Shown here piece by piece: positions 36,730 to 51,000 of a stretch of DNA of 64,000 bases (positions within the stretch are counted from its first letter, which is position 1; each line of letters opens with the position of its first letter). Made by a program: the position numbers and the translations under genes. The notes below the pieces were generated by a model. That model was given only the letters and a program-made list of their open reading frames with translations. It did not search any database and had not been told where the DNA came from. Origin of the DNA: Balanoglossus misakiensis (Eukaryota; Animalia; Hemichordata); NCBI GenBank assembly GCA_040954595.2, contig CM082593.2, positions 310,001 through 374,000 on the forward strand, read 5' to 3'.

Positions 36730-37938
36730 CTGTCATTATTTCCATACGTCAAATAGAAATACACGTTTGTTATGGGCTGTGAAGATTGTGTTCTAACGAC
36801 TGCAGGTTATGCAATGCAGGACGAAATTCCTGGCCAGCTTGTCAATATAATTATAATATATCATACGTGTATGCAGAGTCAAACGTAACAGTAATTCCTA
36901 ACTCATGCAAGGGGCAAAATTTGATGGAAAGTAAGGAAGCTGTCATTATTTACGGCATGGAGGTCGGAGGAATTACTCTAGAAATATTTTATTTTATTTT
37001 CTATTATCAGATGACGTGTTTCACAAGAAATTCTAACAATTCAGAAACATACTCAAGTGAAGTTAGCCTATTTGCTTCAGAATTTACATGTAATTTTTAT
37101 CAGATACAATTGGACGCCTCCGCAAAGTCATTGACTGAATGATTCAATACACAAGACAAATAATTGAAATATTTTATTTTGCTTTGGTTGCCCATCCAAG
37201 GCAGTATTAATTGGCAATTAACTGAATCGAGCGTCCACGCGGGAATTGAAGAACTGATTGATAAGGCATGTTGTTCTCCCCGTCCTCATTAATTAAGTTG
37301 ACGAGTGTCAACCCAAGCTGTGGCGTCACCCAAATGAATGCATTTGCTGCAAATTGTCTCTCCAGAGCCTGGCCAATTGATGTAATTTGAGCAATAAATA
37401 ATGCAAATTGTTATCTTTTGAGTTAATCAACTCCTCCGTGTGATTACCTTTGCGATACTTCTATTAATCGAATTGTGTTGCAAACACATTGTCGTAGATA
37501 GACAGATAATATTTAATATAGTGATTAGTGCAATACACCAAGCCACAAGGGGCTGATAAGTCACTTTAAAGGAAAATACATTCTAATACGAGTTTCTACT
37601 GCATTCTCTGTGCAAAATATACAAATTCTCTCATTCAAAGCTTCTCGTATATGTGGTGTATAGATACATATCGTTGCCCAATAATTTATGCTGTTAATTA
37701 ATCATATTTACAACGTTACTTATCGCATTATTGCCATCATACATATCTAAAATCTGTCATAACTACCGCTAAAAAACCAACAACACGATAAGATGATACA
37801 TGTATTGCTAAATACAACTAACATATAACATCAATTTCATAATTATCAATAAAATACTGGTAGATTCATATTGACCAGAGGCCAAAAAGACCCAAAGACA
37901 TGGTTTGTACAAAATTGACTGAATTGTGTTGGAAATTA

Positions 37939-40900
37939 TCACTTTTTTGATGAATTCACGAAAGATGATCGACAGCTGTCGACTTTGTGAGATGTTGTGT
38001 TGGTGCCCATATTAGTGGTTCTTGATCCTGTTGTTTGACGTCTGAGGCGAACACTTGCTTTTTGGCAGGATAAACAAACAAGCATGTTCTTTACTTCTCT
38101 CTGTGGAAAGCAAAGAAAGGAGTTTAAAATATGATTTTGTCTGTCTGTCTGTCTGTCTCTCTCTGTGTCTCTCTGAATGCACACACGTAACCAATCATCC
38201 ATCGACCCAACCAAGTAGAGCGAAAGCTGTAATCCGCATTGAAAGCAGTTTCACTGTACATGCATATTGTTCACGAAAGGATCGTACCCTGAAATTCTTG
38301 TTCATGAAGGTATATATTATGGGGTTGAGAAAACTGTGAGCCAAGGACAGCCACACTGTAGATATGTGGATACTGGAGAACAATAGTTTTGCGCTGGAAT
38401 AATGCAAGGGAGGGTAGACGAGCGCCACTATTCCGAATATTTGTGTCGGTAACCAACAAATAAAGAAGGCGAGAACGGCCACCAACAGCATTAATACTAC
38501 CTGAAACAAATGAGAAAAAATGTTTCGAAACATTATTTTTCAACAATGCTTTCGTAGATACGCAGCGATCCTTCCGAAACGGTCAGTGAACATTCGCGAT
38601 AAGTAGCACAGCATTGTAGGATTGGTACTTGTATACAATTATCCAGAAAAACCCAAGGCACGCCGTATGTGTGTGTGTGAAAATCTACCTTTCTCTTGGC
38701 TCGTTCGTTGCGCCTGTACTGGTTCACATCTCGCACGCCGGGTATCCTACGGCTCCATAACTTGCACGCTGTAATTCCGTATGTGATTGATAATGCAGTT
38801 GAGGGGAACAGAAACAGAACTGACAAGATGCACAGTCTATGGGCGAGCAAAGCCTGATCACTCAACAGTCGGATACAAACATTTTTGACGCTGAAATCAT
38901 ACTGGAGGTGGGCATGAACGCGAAACAGAACCAGTTGGCCAACGCTAAGAATCATGGCAGATACCCAGATAATGGTGATAACTTCTCTCTTTCTGGACGT
39001 CGTTGTTCTCATCTGCAAGGGATGTACTATTGCTCGATATCTGTCGATGCTTACAGCTAGCAGGGTGAAAATACTGACGATCACGCAAACCTGGAAGGCA
39101 AACAAGAAAAGTAAAAAAGAGATCATTCGGACCAGTCAAATACATCATCACAATTGTAGGGCAATTTATATCTATTTATTTCAGCCTTATTGAAGCAGCT
39201 GCCTTCGTTGTTTTGATAAGGGTTCATGTACAAAAATAGTCATGACAAACAAATATGAATACCCGCAAAATGCTGTGAGTAATGGGAGAATGGCTACCAC
39301 TATGATAAAAAAGTATGTTGTTGTACTAGTATTTTCAATATATTCTTAAACGATTCGTATGGGAAAGGGTTGTGTTGACTGCGCACCTGTGAGGCTGTGT
39401 GAGATTAGATTGGGATAAACGACAACAAAACTCCCTAGAACTGCACCTATGTGAAATCAATATGTTACAATGCATGTATAAATTACAAAATATGTTTAGC
39501 ATTTTATCATAACCCGCTTAGTGTGTTCTTCGTGTCACGATGACCTTTGCAACGCGAAAAGATACTACGCAGCTGGTGTTCTTTTGTAAATCCGCAAACT
39601 CTCGTCATTTCAGTCGACCTTCAGTGATGTGAAACAAAAACAGAGACCTGGTTTTCAGCAGGGCAACAAACACATGACAAGTTGTATCGACGTCCAAAGC
39701 ATAGCTGTTTTCCTACATGTTGCTAACATTTTTACAAATAACTCGCATACAGTGTCTGCATGATGGTTGACTGGCGCCTGTCAGCATGTGATACGTGTGG
39801 TACTTTTACATCTTCTACCCTGTAGTGTTACCTGAAACTCCCTTGCGATACATGAGCACTATAGACGACTATGTCAGAATATCTTAATTATCGTCTTCTA
39901 TCCACAACCCCCGAGAGAAGACTTTATTTAAATCTTATGCATAGTATCTTGAAAGTTCAAGTTCTTTGTGATTGGAAAGCAATTAGTGAGAGGCAAAACT
40001 GCTTATACATGTATAATCCCTACTTCGGCAGCTGTTGTGTTGTTTCCTGGGAAGATTTGGATAAATTCCTGTTGCCATAGATACAGCACTGCTGCGAAAG
40101 AACCCCATATAATATTGAATGCACGAAGCAGTTTCTCAGATCATACTAGTACATCAAATTACATACGAAAAGGAAATGACCATTTCTCATAATCAAGAAT
40201 CTTCATGCAGGTAATCTTAAAATACATAGTTGACCGTAACCATCGGCAGTAAAACTCTGCAATAAACTCTGTTACAGACTACAGGGGTCTGAAAAATAAC
40301 AGGCAGGGGTCTTAAAAACATGCGTCTTTCACAAATTGCCTACATGATGGACAACTATACTATAAAAACTCTTGGTATTGCCCCCAATGCAGAGTGGAAT
40401 TTTACAGGTACTTGAATTTCAGAATATTGGTGTCGTAATTCCCGGCCCTTTAAGGAACAATTTTACATTTTCGCCCACATGGGTGCAAATCATCTATCCT
40501 GAGTCGTGAGGCTGCTTTCACGAAAACTGTTTTCACGAATTATTTTTTTCTGTCTGTGTTTTGGGGATCGATGGCAAACAAAGCCTGAGTCGAACAAAGA
40601 GTCCACTGCCACACACCAACTTATTTTCAATTTCTCTGCTTTCATTCAATTATTAATCATGTCTTAAACATGAATCTCTTTTTCGTCCACTTAAGATACA
40701 TGTAATTAGACAGTAATTAATTCATTAAATTTTAGTATGTAGTACGATGAAGTTAATTGGAGCCTGGGGAGTCTTATTCACTCCTGCGTTTATCGTATTT
40801 TCTCTGAAAAAAATAGCGACACTAAAAATAAAACAACGACTTGAATCCAGATATTTTTGGAGAACTTACTTGCAAGTGAATATTAAATTCATGACAGTGT

Positions 40901-41602
40901 TGAAAAGTTAAAAAAAAATAATTTTTGGGCGGCGTATAGAATAAGACCAATTCTACTCCGTTTCAAATACACGCCTCTAGATGTAAAGATCTATAACACA
41001 GCATCAAGGTTGACCCGTCCACTACTATGCAGCAGATGGTGACTACACTGAAACCCACGCATACCGTTCTCGCCATATGCATAACACTCCAATTAATTTA
41101 AAAGCTTTTGCTGGTTCTGTTGACGCCAGAATTCCAGTTCCCTCTTGCCAGTTTATCGTGACGTTGGAAAGGAAACCAACTTTCCGTTGAGTAATGCACG
41201 AAAGAATGCTTTGATCCAAACACCCGAGCTATAGTATCGGCAAAATGTGTGGTAAATTTAGCAAAATCATACCTGTTGAATGTACTTGACCAGTGGACAC
41301 AGTACAGATCCAAATACCCATTCATCACGAGCAATTTCGATCGTTAAAAACGGTGTGCAGAAGATTGCAATACCGATGTCAGCAACTGCCAAGTTCGCCA
41401 AATAGTACTTCAAATCTACGGAAAGACCGTTGGTTCTTGCAGCCACGATCAAAACCACGGCGTTCCCCAAAACCGCCAGGACAGACGTTAGACTGAACGC
41501 GACAACCATCAACGCCTTTACCAGTTGTTGTTTTTCCTCGTCATAACCTGGACCAAAGTATGAAAAATTATTTCTCTCAGTAAAGTTGCTTTGCCAAAAC
41601 AT
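37939..41602 (-). CDS. Class A GPCR, neuropeptide-receptor type (tachykinin/RYamide-like), 368 aa; exons 41602..41273, 39090..38689, 38500..38288, 38100..37939
   Basis: GNAVV, NLAVAD, WVFGSVLC, SIDRYRAIVHP, LWSRRIPG, FFICWLP, NPIIY. All introns are phase 0 GT-AG. Confidence 0.92.
38138..38175. repeat. (GTCT)n/(CT)n microsatellite in the last GPCR intron
   Basis: Directly visible simple repeat. Confidence 0.85.
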
Positions 41603-44601
41603 CTCGGTGAGTCGTACCGTGTTGGTCAGTTGCAAGTCGACGTGTTGACTAAAGAGGGACTATCTGTTCGAAAGAACGTTTCATGTGAGTGTAAGCATCG
41701 TTTTGAACCACCTACGCCAAAACCTTTTAATGTCAATTTAGGATTGCCAGGAAGAGCGCCATCTTCCACAACACGACGACAGAGCACATAAATCATTCGG
41801 TATTTGAAATGAAGCATATAAATTACTATTCGGGTTCATTTAGTGGTGGTTTGATCATTTTCATGTAACACTCCGAGTACGAGGTAAATTACCGGAGTGA
41901 ACGGAAAAACTTTATGGTTCAGGAACCGATAAAAATGACACTCGCGATTTTAATGTACAAGTACGAAGCAAGGGGAAAAACAAACGTGTAGGACACATCC
42001 AAGAACTGGCTTAATCATGGCAACCCCTCCCCTACGAGACTGCTTTCTGTCATCACGTCATTTCGAGTTACATTTCAATTATTTGAAGAATCGGTGAATT
42101 GTTAATAGTGGGAGGTACTCTCACTTAGGCTGTCGCTTTAATATAAAGGAGTTCTCGTGTATTTTGTAGGTGGAGTACACACCAGAGGCTAGGAGTTTGT
42201 GATCAGTCACTTGAAAATTGGCAATTTCAGTTGGCACTTACAAACGCATGTCATTTTGCACAGCAATGGCTTAATTGCCCTGAAGACTCCCCAGGTGTTT
42301 CGCTATATGATTCGACAATCGCCTGATCGAAACGTTATTTGCTGAAGTGCAGTCAAGCATGATCTCAGCATGATGAAGTCGGACTGCATTCAGAAATAAT
42401 AGGAGAGGGTGTCGGAGACATTGAAGGGGAGGGAACTTAATGATATCATTACCAAAACAAATCGATAAACGTTAAACACACTACCCCTTCCTAAAACACG
42501 TTAATTTGGAGCATGTATACTTGCCGAAACATTTTCAGAGAAGGTAAATGTAAACAGCGTGTTGTGTTCAGTTTTCAGTTTGAATTGACGTCGCTTGGAA
42601 AGTTTTCATTCGTATATACCGTTCAAAAAGCTAAGTAAAATGCCTTGAAAAAATACTAGACTGGACTGTAGATGGCGCACATCACAATATTTCTCGATTT
42701 GAAATGTATCAAGCGGTGACACTCACAGGTTTAGTGGGCATCCATGCTTGTTTCGCACAAAATTAAGATATCCCCTTTCCAGAACTTTTATACAATAAAA
42801 ATGTCAGATATAGGAGAAATTTAGACCCCCCCCCCCAATTTACAATATCTCGGAAAGGGGGAGTTGTCATAATAGTTCAGCCATAAATAGAGTTGAATAG
42901 AGCATACGCAATCAGTGTAGTCTATTGTCTTTACAAGTTTACCTCCATTCAAGTCTGAAGCAAGTTGATTACTTTTGTATATTTCTTAACAATAGCGAAG
43001 ACTGGTGGTACCTTTCCCGGAGTGGCAGCACTCCAAGGGAAGATGGGTACACTGAGGAAAATAGACATGGAAAAGTGGGCGTTTTTGGCTCATCATCGTG
43101 ATCCACTTCAATGTTTAAGGGCCACAGATAATTAACAAACTTAATTGCGTTATTTAGGCGTCAAAAAGTGATAATTGAAGACTTTTTAAACGTTATTTTA
43201 TGTTTTCTGCTGTCAGGTTGTCGGCGTCTACGTATGTAATAACGCCCTCTATGTTAGGCGCTGCTCATCCGGGACTTCCCCGTAAATCGCTTCGCCATTT
43301 TGGTCACCTGATACTTAGCGTCGTCCGTCAGTGCACTGCGACTATATTTCATCGACTGGGCTGTAATAATATATTGACAAGAGTCGCTAGGAGTGTGACT
43401 GTGTGAGACATTGCAAGACATAGGTGGGTTCAATACAACAACGCTCGGAAGAGTTACGTAAGGGTAAGAGCGACGCACCTCTACCGCCTTTACGGACCCA
43501 TTCATCGTTTGTTATTGGAGTGGACACACAGCTCGACCAGACGCCGGACATTATATTACTGGTCGGCTGCGATCAACTCCCATAGATGGGCTATATAAAC
43601 TATAAGCACTACTACGAACGATCCTCTGCTATCGGGAAATACCGACGATTGCTTTGTAACTGATGTAATACGGGTGTGCTCAACAATTAGGAGATCTCAT
43701 TGAAGCTTGTAAGGAATCCGACCGGAAGTTGTAGTGAGACAATCTTGGTAAAGTAGGAAGTACCCCGTCTTCGCTTGATTGCCTGAAAGTGAAAGGTTAC
43801 CTGCTACCGTTTCGGTATAAGTTACTGACACGCCAGGCAGGCCTGTATTTAATTGTGCAGAGAATGAGTACATATATTCGTAAGCCATAAATTTCAAAGT
43901 GCACCGCCTGATCACGCGTTCCGCATTCAACTGTGTGATCTTTCCAATCCATCTACGTACTTGGGTCAGCCCTGGAGACTGGAGTATACGTTTTTCCGGA
44001 GTTTGAGGACGCGTTGGCATTCCTATTTGCTGTATGATTTCAATTCAAGACATCTGTCGGTAGATATCTGCTGTTGCAAGGTCCCAAGTACGTCGTCTCG
44101 ACTGGAGGAGGCGTTCTGGTAATTTTTGAATTCGGATAAGTTTACAGGGAGAGAGTGTCGTATTTCACACTCAGTAACTCACTGTTTACTGTGTAATTAT
44201 TGACAAAGTGAAGTGTATACAGAACCTGGCACGCGTTTATGTTTGAAACCACTCTTTCATTACTTTTGCAGCAATCAACGCAGTATGACAGCTTCGGTAC
44301 TTCAAGAAATCATTCGCTTCATTACTTCCACAGGGGACTGTTCAGCTGCCAACCTGCATGGGGCCATCGTCTAAACAAATATGTGACTATAGAAAGTACC
44401 TGTGAAGCCATTTAACCTAATTAGCCACAAAGATTTGAAGATATTTTAATTTATTTGAACAAGTTCTTTCAGTATTTTCAGGACTACAATCACAAACTAA
44501 AAATCAGCTGTGAACTAAATCAAGTAGGGTCAACAGGCTAGTCTGCAATGAATTATTGCTAGAAGACATCATCAGTGTTGACCACACTGAAATACCAAGG
44601 A

Positions 44602-44703
44602 ATGTCTGAAATTATGAAAAAGTTCATGATGTCGTTAGCAGCATATCCAGATCGACAATTTGTCATTCTTCTTCAAAAACGTCCAGAGGAACGGACGGCT
44701 GAG
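44602..44703 (+). CDS. Probable first coding exon of a Rap guanine nucleotide exchange factor (RAPGEF2/6, PDZ-GEF-like)
   Basis: YPDRQFVILLQKRPEERTAE|gtaggc resembles the recalled RAPGEF2/6 N-terminus (Y.D..F....K.P.ERT) with a phase-0 donor at the expected place. No second exon found in the window. Confidence 0.5.
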
Positions 44704-44843
44704 GTAGGCAAAGTTTTTTATTCAATATGCTTCTGTGGTGTGGGTTGTCTTTTCACTGGCGTTCTGACCCCTGTGAAATAGACATGCTCTGACCGGCAGA
44801 ATATGTCAACTTTCATGGATACTCTTGTCTTGCTTGTTGTAGA

Positions 44844-45018
44844 TACTGTAAAACGGGAAATTTTCACAACAGGAAATTTTCGCGATATCAAAAGAGGCAA
44901 CTGCTATGCGATGATTAATTTTCATGTTCTTGTATTTCACTGCATCATTTTCGCGTTTTGGGGGCTCTTGCGTAATTCGCCAAAATTAACGTTTGCGGAA
45001 ATTTCCCGTTTTACAGTA
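44844..45018. mobile_element. 171-bp MITE with TA flanks (Tc1/mariner-type)
   Basis: TA|CTGTAAAACGGGAAATT ... AATTTCCCGTTTTACAG|TA, perfect 17-bp TIRs. Confidence 0.8.
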
Positions 45019-48000
45019 TTCTCTCATACAAGTGTCAAACCTGACATACAATTTCCTTGTCTTGGATTCTGACCCAACTTGAAAACGACATGTATTGCAA
45101 AAAATCGTTTCCATGGTACTTCTGTCACTAGTATAGTGTACAGATTTACATTGTGTATATTACACCCTAAATGTCAATCCTTGTCGCTGTGTGACCTTTG
45201 CCCTGACCCATTGAAAATGAAAAGGTCAAACCATTAACCTTCTGCTACCACCTTGGAAGAAATCTTCTGAATGACATCATAGACCACAAGGGGTCAAAGT
45301 GCAAAGGTCACAAAGGGTCAAGGTACTAAGGGTTATCAGGTGAGTGAAAGGGTGAAATTGAATGCAATGGACAGTTTTTGTTACACCATCAGTGTGTTTA
45401 TTTCTTTAGTCTGTCAACTACCCTTTTTTATATTTTTGAGCTACATGTAAAGGATATTGAATGTAAATAATCTCTAGGACTGGAAATTATTGCTTTGTTC
45501 TTCATTTTTCCTGATTTAGTTTTTATTTTCCTATTTTCCATGTAAAGAACTTTATCAATTGTTAATTTCAGAAATTGTATATTTCATAAAATGAAATTTT
45601 AGGTTTAATAGTACAGGTGGCATAAATCGCTTCTGACTGTAAGTGAACATATTGGCTGTATCAAGATCAAATACACTAGCTCATTTTATGCTTGGCAGGG
45701 TTTGCTTGCGGTGACTCATGCAACCTTGAACGAGCACTGTTTTGTGTCACCTAGAAGCTTTAGTGAACAACCAAGTCAAATAATTGACTGTTGTTGTTAG
45801 TAGAAGCATGTATTAATCCTGCTCACATCGTAACATTGTTGATGCATGGTATAACAGACATGAATTACATGTGAACAAATATTTAGAAATAAGAGAATAA
45901 GCCCACATGACAAAAATGATCTCATTTTGCTCGGATAAATTCTGGTATTGTAAGCCTGACTTCAAACTGTTTTTGCTTGAATGCAACAGGAACAACGCAG
46001 TTTGTGATAAAAACATGAGGCATAATTTTGAATAACTGTATTTAAATAGTTGTAAATGTCACACCCAATGTACGTAAGTTCCTGCTCTGTGATATTCTAT
46101 CCTGAAAAATGTGTTAACCTATTCCCATTCAATGTCAGCAGTATCTTGTGGCTGGCACAGTCAGGAATTTTCTTGGCAGCTTTTTTCACTCCAATGGAAT
46201 TTTCCAGACAAGCCACCCAAGACCCTAGAATTCACCTTTTATTTTTCCTTCATCTAATTCCCATTTTCAATGACTTTATATTGTGGTTTTTTTGAGAGAA
46301 ACGAAACATTGCCATGGCAACGGGCCCTTGATTCAATTCTGCCATTAAGTTGAACATTGTGAAAGCAATTCTGAGCTTTCTCAGGAAATGAGGCCCAGAA
46401 ATGCCGGTCTTAAGATCAATAAAGGCAGAACATGTGACAGAAATTTGTAAACAGTAAAGACAATTGTATTTTTGTGAGACCATACACGTATCTGATGGAC
46501 ACAGCTGTAGAAATCTTACAGAGCAATTATTCTGTGCATAGTTGTATTCAGTGAACATATACGACATGTAACGACCACACTCGGAAACTAAATGCATACA
46601 GTTTTAAAATCTTGAAATGTCCGGTTTATGCTTTAGGACAAAACGAAAAATTCTTTGAAGTGTTCTCAAGGATTTCTAGTTCGATGTGAAACTTATCAAG
46701 CCAGATCAGTGATTGAACTCTGGTTAAATTTCCTAAGAAAATAGTTTGAATTTTGTGACAACCTTGTTAAGGTGTAACTGTATGCTGTGCTATTGTGAAA
46801 CAGGTGTCCCTGTTCTGGTCCATTGCACAGCTTTCAAAGCCCTCCCATAGAGGGATATTCAGACAAAAGTCGGCCAAATCCACCTATCTTTGTTCACCCT
46901 GGTCTCTTTCACAAAGACGCAGATTACAATCGTGTACGTCGGTTGCTTTTTGTTGTCAGGTGATATCACTTTCTCAGAGAAGAAAATCAAATACCTGCTT
47001 TGAATTTATGATGTACACAGATCAAAAGGAAGATTTTTGACAGAAATTTCATTGAATAGTTAGAATGTGATTATTGAACAGGTGCTCACCTAAATGTTAA
47101 AAAAAGCCTGAGATTTAACACTTGAAGGGCAAAGCAATGACATTTCTCTGATTCAACCAAAATATCCGTGAGTGATCGCAGATCGCAATCACCTAGAGGC
47201 CTTGGTAATGTAAATATGTGCTTGATATGAATAGTATTTACTTGCTCTTTGGGAGAGATTGCATTTCGTTTCCTTGATGGTACAGGCTAATCATAGAACG
47301 GCTATTATTACAAACTTTAGAAAATGTTTAAACTGAATGTATAGAAGGTGTTATGAGACAAATCACATATGTACAATGACGTGGAATGTGTTATGCAACA
47401 ATAACTTTATTGAGTTTTGTTTATACACAATGACCAAATCAAATCTGAAATTGAATTAGCTATATTCAACAATCTAATGGAATTTGTTAATGTAGATTTA
47501 TTCAAAATAGATGTACAGGTTTACATTATTTACATTTATTTGTACTTGATAACTGTCGTGCAAGACATGTTCATACGTGCCATAGAATGTGAACGAAATG
47601 ATTTGGTTTAGCTTCCAGCTACATAATTTTGTCAGTTTTTTAAATCATATGTCAGTGAAAGAATATGAAATTCACTTTTATATTTGCTTTAAACTTGTTT
47701 TCAGAATTGTATATATCGGAATGCAGGCAGTTTTGTGATGCCGTAAATAGCCAAAATGATGTGATTGATTAAATATATATATCGGCTCTGGGAATATTCA
47801 GACTCAACTACAGTTTGTGCAAATAAACTGTTCAGTTGGCGATATTAGTTCAGCTTTTTGGTGAACCACTTGAAACTGTTATGAGGGCAATTTGAAGTGT
47901 ATGTTGGCACACACAGGAGTCTGTAAAGCTCTCTCGCACAATTTTCTAGTGGCTACTAAGTACTGCAGCTACAATTTTTCTGGACTATAGTCCCACTTGA

Positions 48001-51000
48001 CATAGCCCCATTTTAAAACTGCACTTTGATATTTGAGTTGTAATAGGGTTGCACTTTGTCCACACATTGTAATGCAGATGATTTTGAGAGGTTTTCACAA
48101 CACTGCCATTCATATTCTTCGGTCTCTTGGATTTAGGTTTTCAGACCTAACACTTTTGATATTACATGTTGAGAAAATAAAGGGACAAATTCACTCATTT
48201 TGACATTATTTTGAAATATTTATACGTATCAAGGACACGATTTCCATGTTTTCAAGTTGCTTCTATAATTAGTCAGTCTTCATGATATGTTCTGAAAGGG
48301 GTGTGTCTGTACTCCCGTAGAAGTTGTTTGTTTTGAGAACTTTGTTTATTAAGTCTAGATTAAACTCAGTCATGTACATGTGCATGACACAAATATATGC
48401 CATCTCAGCAATTGAATTCTTGCCATTTTTGAGATGCTTAAAGTTAAGTACAAAATTGAACAGTACGGATTAAAGTAATGAAATATTCTCCCTATATTTC
48501 CTGTACTGGGAGTTCACTGTACTTGTTCCAACGGTTCAGTAACTACTGTGTAAGAATTCCAAGCTGTGTTGAAATCATATTTCTATTCATGTCTGACAGC
48601 TCGATTTATGACTGAGCATTTTTTACTGTGCTGACAACTCCCGTATTAAATTTCATCTCGGTAATAAGTAAAACGTGTGTGCTTCTGCCCTGTGTAGTGG
48701 AACGTGCTGTTTTATTGAGGTTTAGATTTCACAACATTGATAAATGTGATCATACGAGCGTTGTCATGTGTGAAATAGCGAAGCCTGAGATATGTTTAAA
48801 CCTGTGAATGAATTTATCTTCTCAAGCTACAACAAATCTGTCTAATTGCACAAAATAAATCTTACCTATTTAATTTTAAATGTCGGCTTTTTATGCAGAA
48901 ACATAAGAAATGTACATGTATGTTTGTATCATGTGCTTTTCAATGCTCATATATGGTTTGTATTTGAGTAGCATCATTAATTATCTCAATCCCATTTTGA
49001 TTTTGTATGTCATTATTTTTTGCAATAAATGGCGATCAATAGCAGTTTTAAATTAAGAAATATGAATTCTTTCCTTCACGCGAGTATTTTCATTCACTGT
49101 GTCATGGATTCTTAGAGGTACCTCCCACTATTCAGGAATTCATGTAAACATATTTCGAGTATTGAAATACCAGTGTCTGTAAATGTAAAGATAGAGTTCT
49201 GACACATACATGTAAATGATACAAATGTAAGCTTTCATAACGATCTCTATTGAATATCACACATGTAAAGGACCCATAGTTAAATGCTTGTAAAACCAAT
49301 ATTCCTATTCTGCTGTCAAAGTAGACAGTACTGACAACCTGGTGAGCCAATATGTTTCTGTCTTCAGGCTAAATTCCACTATCTTGTTTAGAATTTAATG
49401 AGACCCCTACTTTTGTCTGATATGGTGTATACATTGAAACATGATGTATACATTTTCTGCGATGGTTCATTCATGTGCGTGTATTGTTGATAATAGATTG
49501 GATAACCTGAATCTTATCTCCAATACGAGATTAAATTATTGAATAAGAGTGTTTGACTGATAAACTGTTTGGTTTTGCCTTCCTATTACTAGTATTATTA
49601 TAAAGTCTCTTTCTTTGTATCAAAAGAGAGAGGAAGTAATTTTCTGTTGAAATGTTTGAACTTGGAGAGATTAAAGTAATATGGTATCATCCAGCAAATA
49701 GGAGCATTTGTTTCCATGCATTTCATTGTGCAAAGTTCTCTCCAAGAACTTCTGTCTTTTCTAATTTGCATTACAATGTAATTTATTATGATAATATTTC
49801 TAGAGCTGCAGGAAATTCTGTCAACAGTCTGAGTTCAGGAAAAGCAATCTTGCAAATTGATCTCGGAATAGGTTATCGCTGAGAGAAAGATGTGATATTG
49901 GATGTCCTGTTCTATGATTGTGAGAACACAGAAGGACGTCTTGCTGAGAGATATCTCCAAGGATTTCCGAGAAAACACTGACAGATTTCAGCTGCCGTGA
50001 TGAATTAAACTGCGTTTCGTTGTCCATGCAGACACAATGATAGATGACGCAATTAATGACAGTGAAATCTGATTGATGACTGTATATTCAATATTGTCAA
50101 GGTCAGAGGTCATTGACTGGGTAATTACAGTGACTGTAAATGGCTAATAACTGTACAGTGCTGGAATAATAGATGAATTCAGTTGCTTAGATGACTTGAT
50201 AATACTTTACCCATTGTATATGTAATGAAAACATTCTTCAATCGTGAAAGGCATTCATTAGGAAGCATACTTTGAAACATCATCATGAGATCAATCACAG
50301 TGACAGCAAAGATCCAGGTAGATTGAATCATACAGTGCATGTCTGCAGTGTGGCAGAAATGTAAATGTACACCTACATGTACATATCCATGTCCAACCAC
50401 AGAAGGGCAATGGCTGTCAGACATGTGACATGATATACACAAGCAGAGACCCATCTCTGCATAGCAGGTCTGTGTGTGGTGTTAGACACACAGCCTTGTC
50501 ATGCTCAGCTACATGTAGCAGAGACACTAATAAACACTCTCACTACAGCTTGACAGCTACTGACCTTTGACATGTTGATCTTCAACTTGGGTTCCTTCCT
50601 TTGGCAGCACTCTGAGATCAACTGAATGTTACTGTAGCACGAGCTTTCAAAGACTTGCAGTCTCCTTCAGATGCAAGGCTGGAGTGAGGCAGTTGAAGCA
50701 GTAAACCAATTCATAAAATTCAGAGTGAAAAATGTCCAAGAGCAGATGTTGAGGCAGACAATAGGGAGAGGGTGTGAAAGTTAAACAAAGGAGGTGACAA
50801 TGTATGCATGAAAACAAAGATGTGTCAAAAGGGTTCCTGAAAACTGACAGTTATTGTCATGTGACAGAAAGCCATGGTCCCAGTTGAAGGCCTGTGTTTC
50901 TTGATGTGGGCATTTCGTTAGAAATAAAAAAAGACCTGAGTTTTGATGAACTTTTTCTTTTTGTAACAGAGGGGAAGCAGTTTATAGGGGAGGCCACTTT

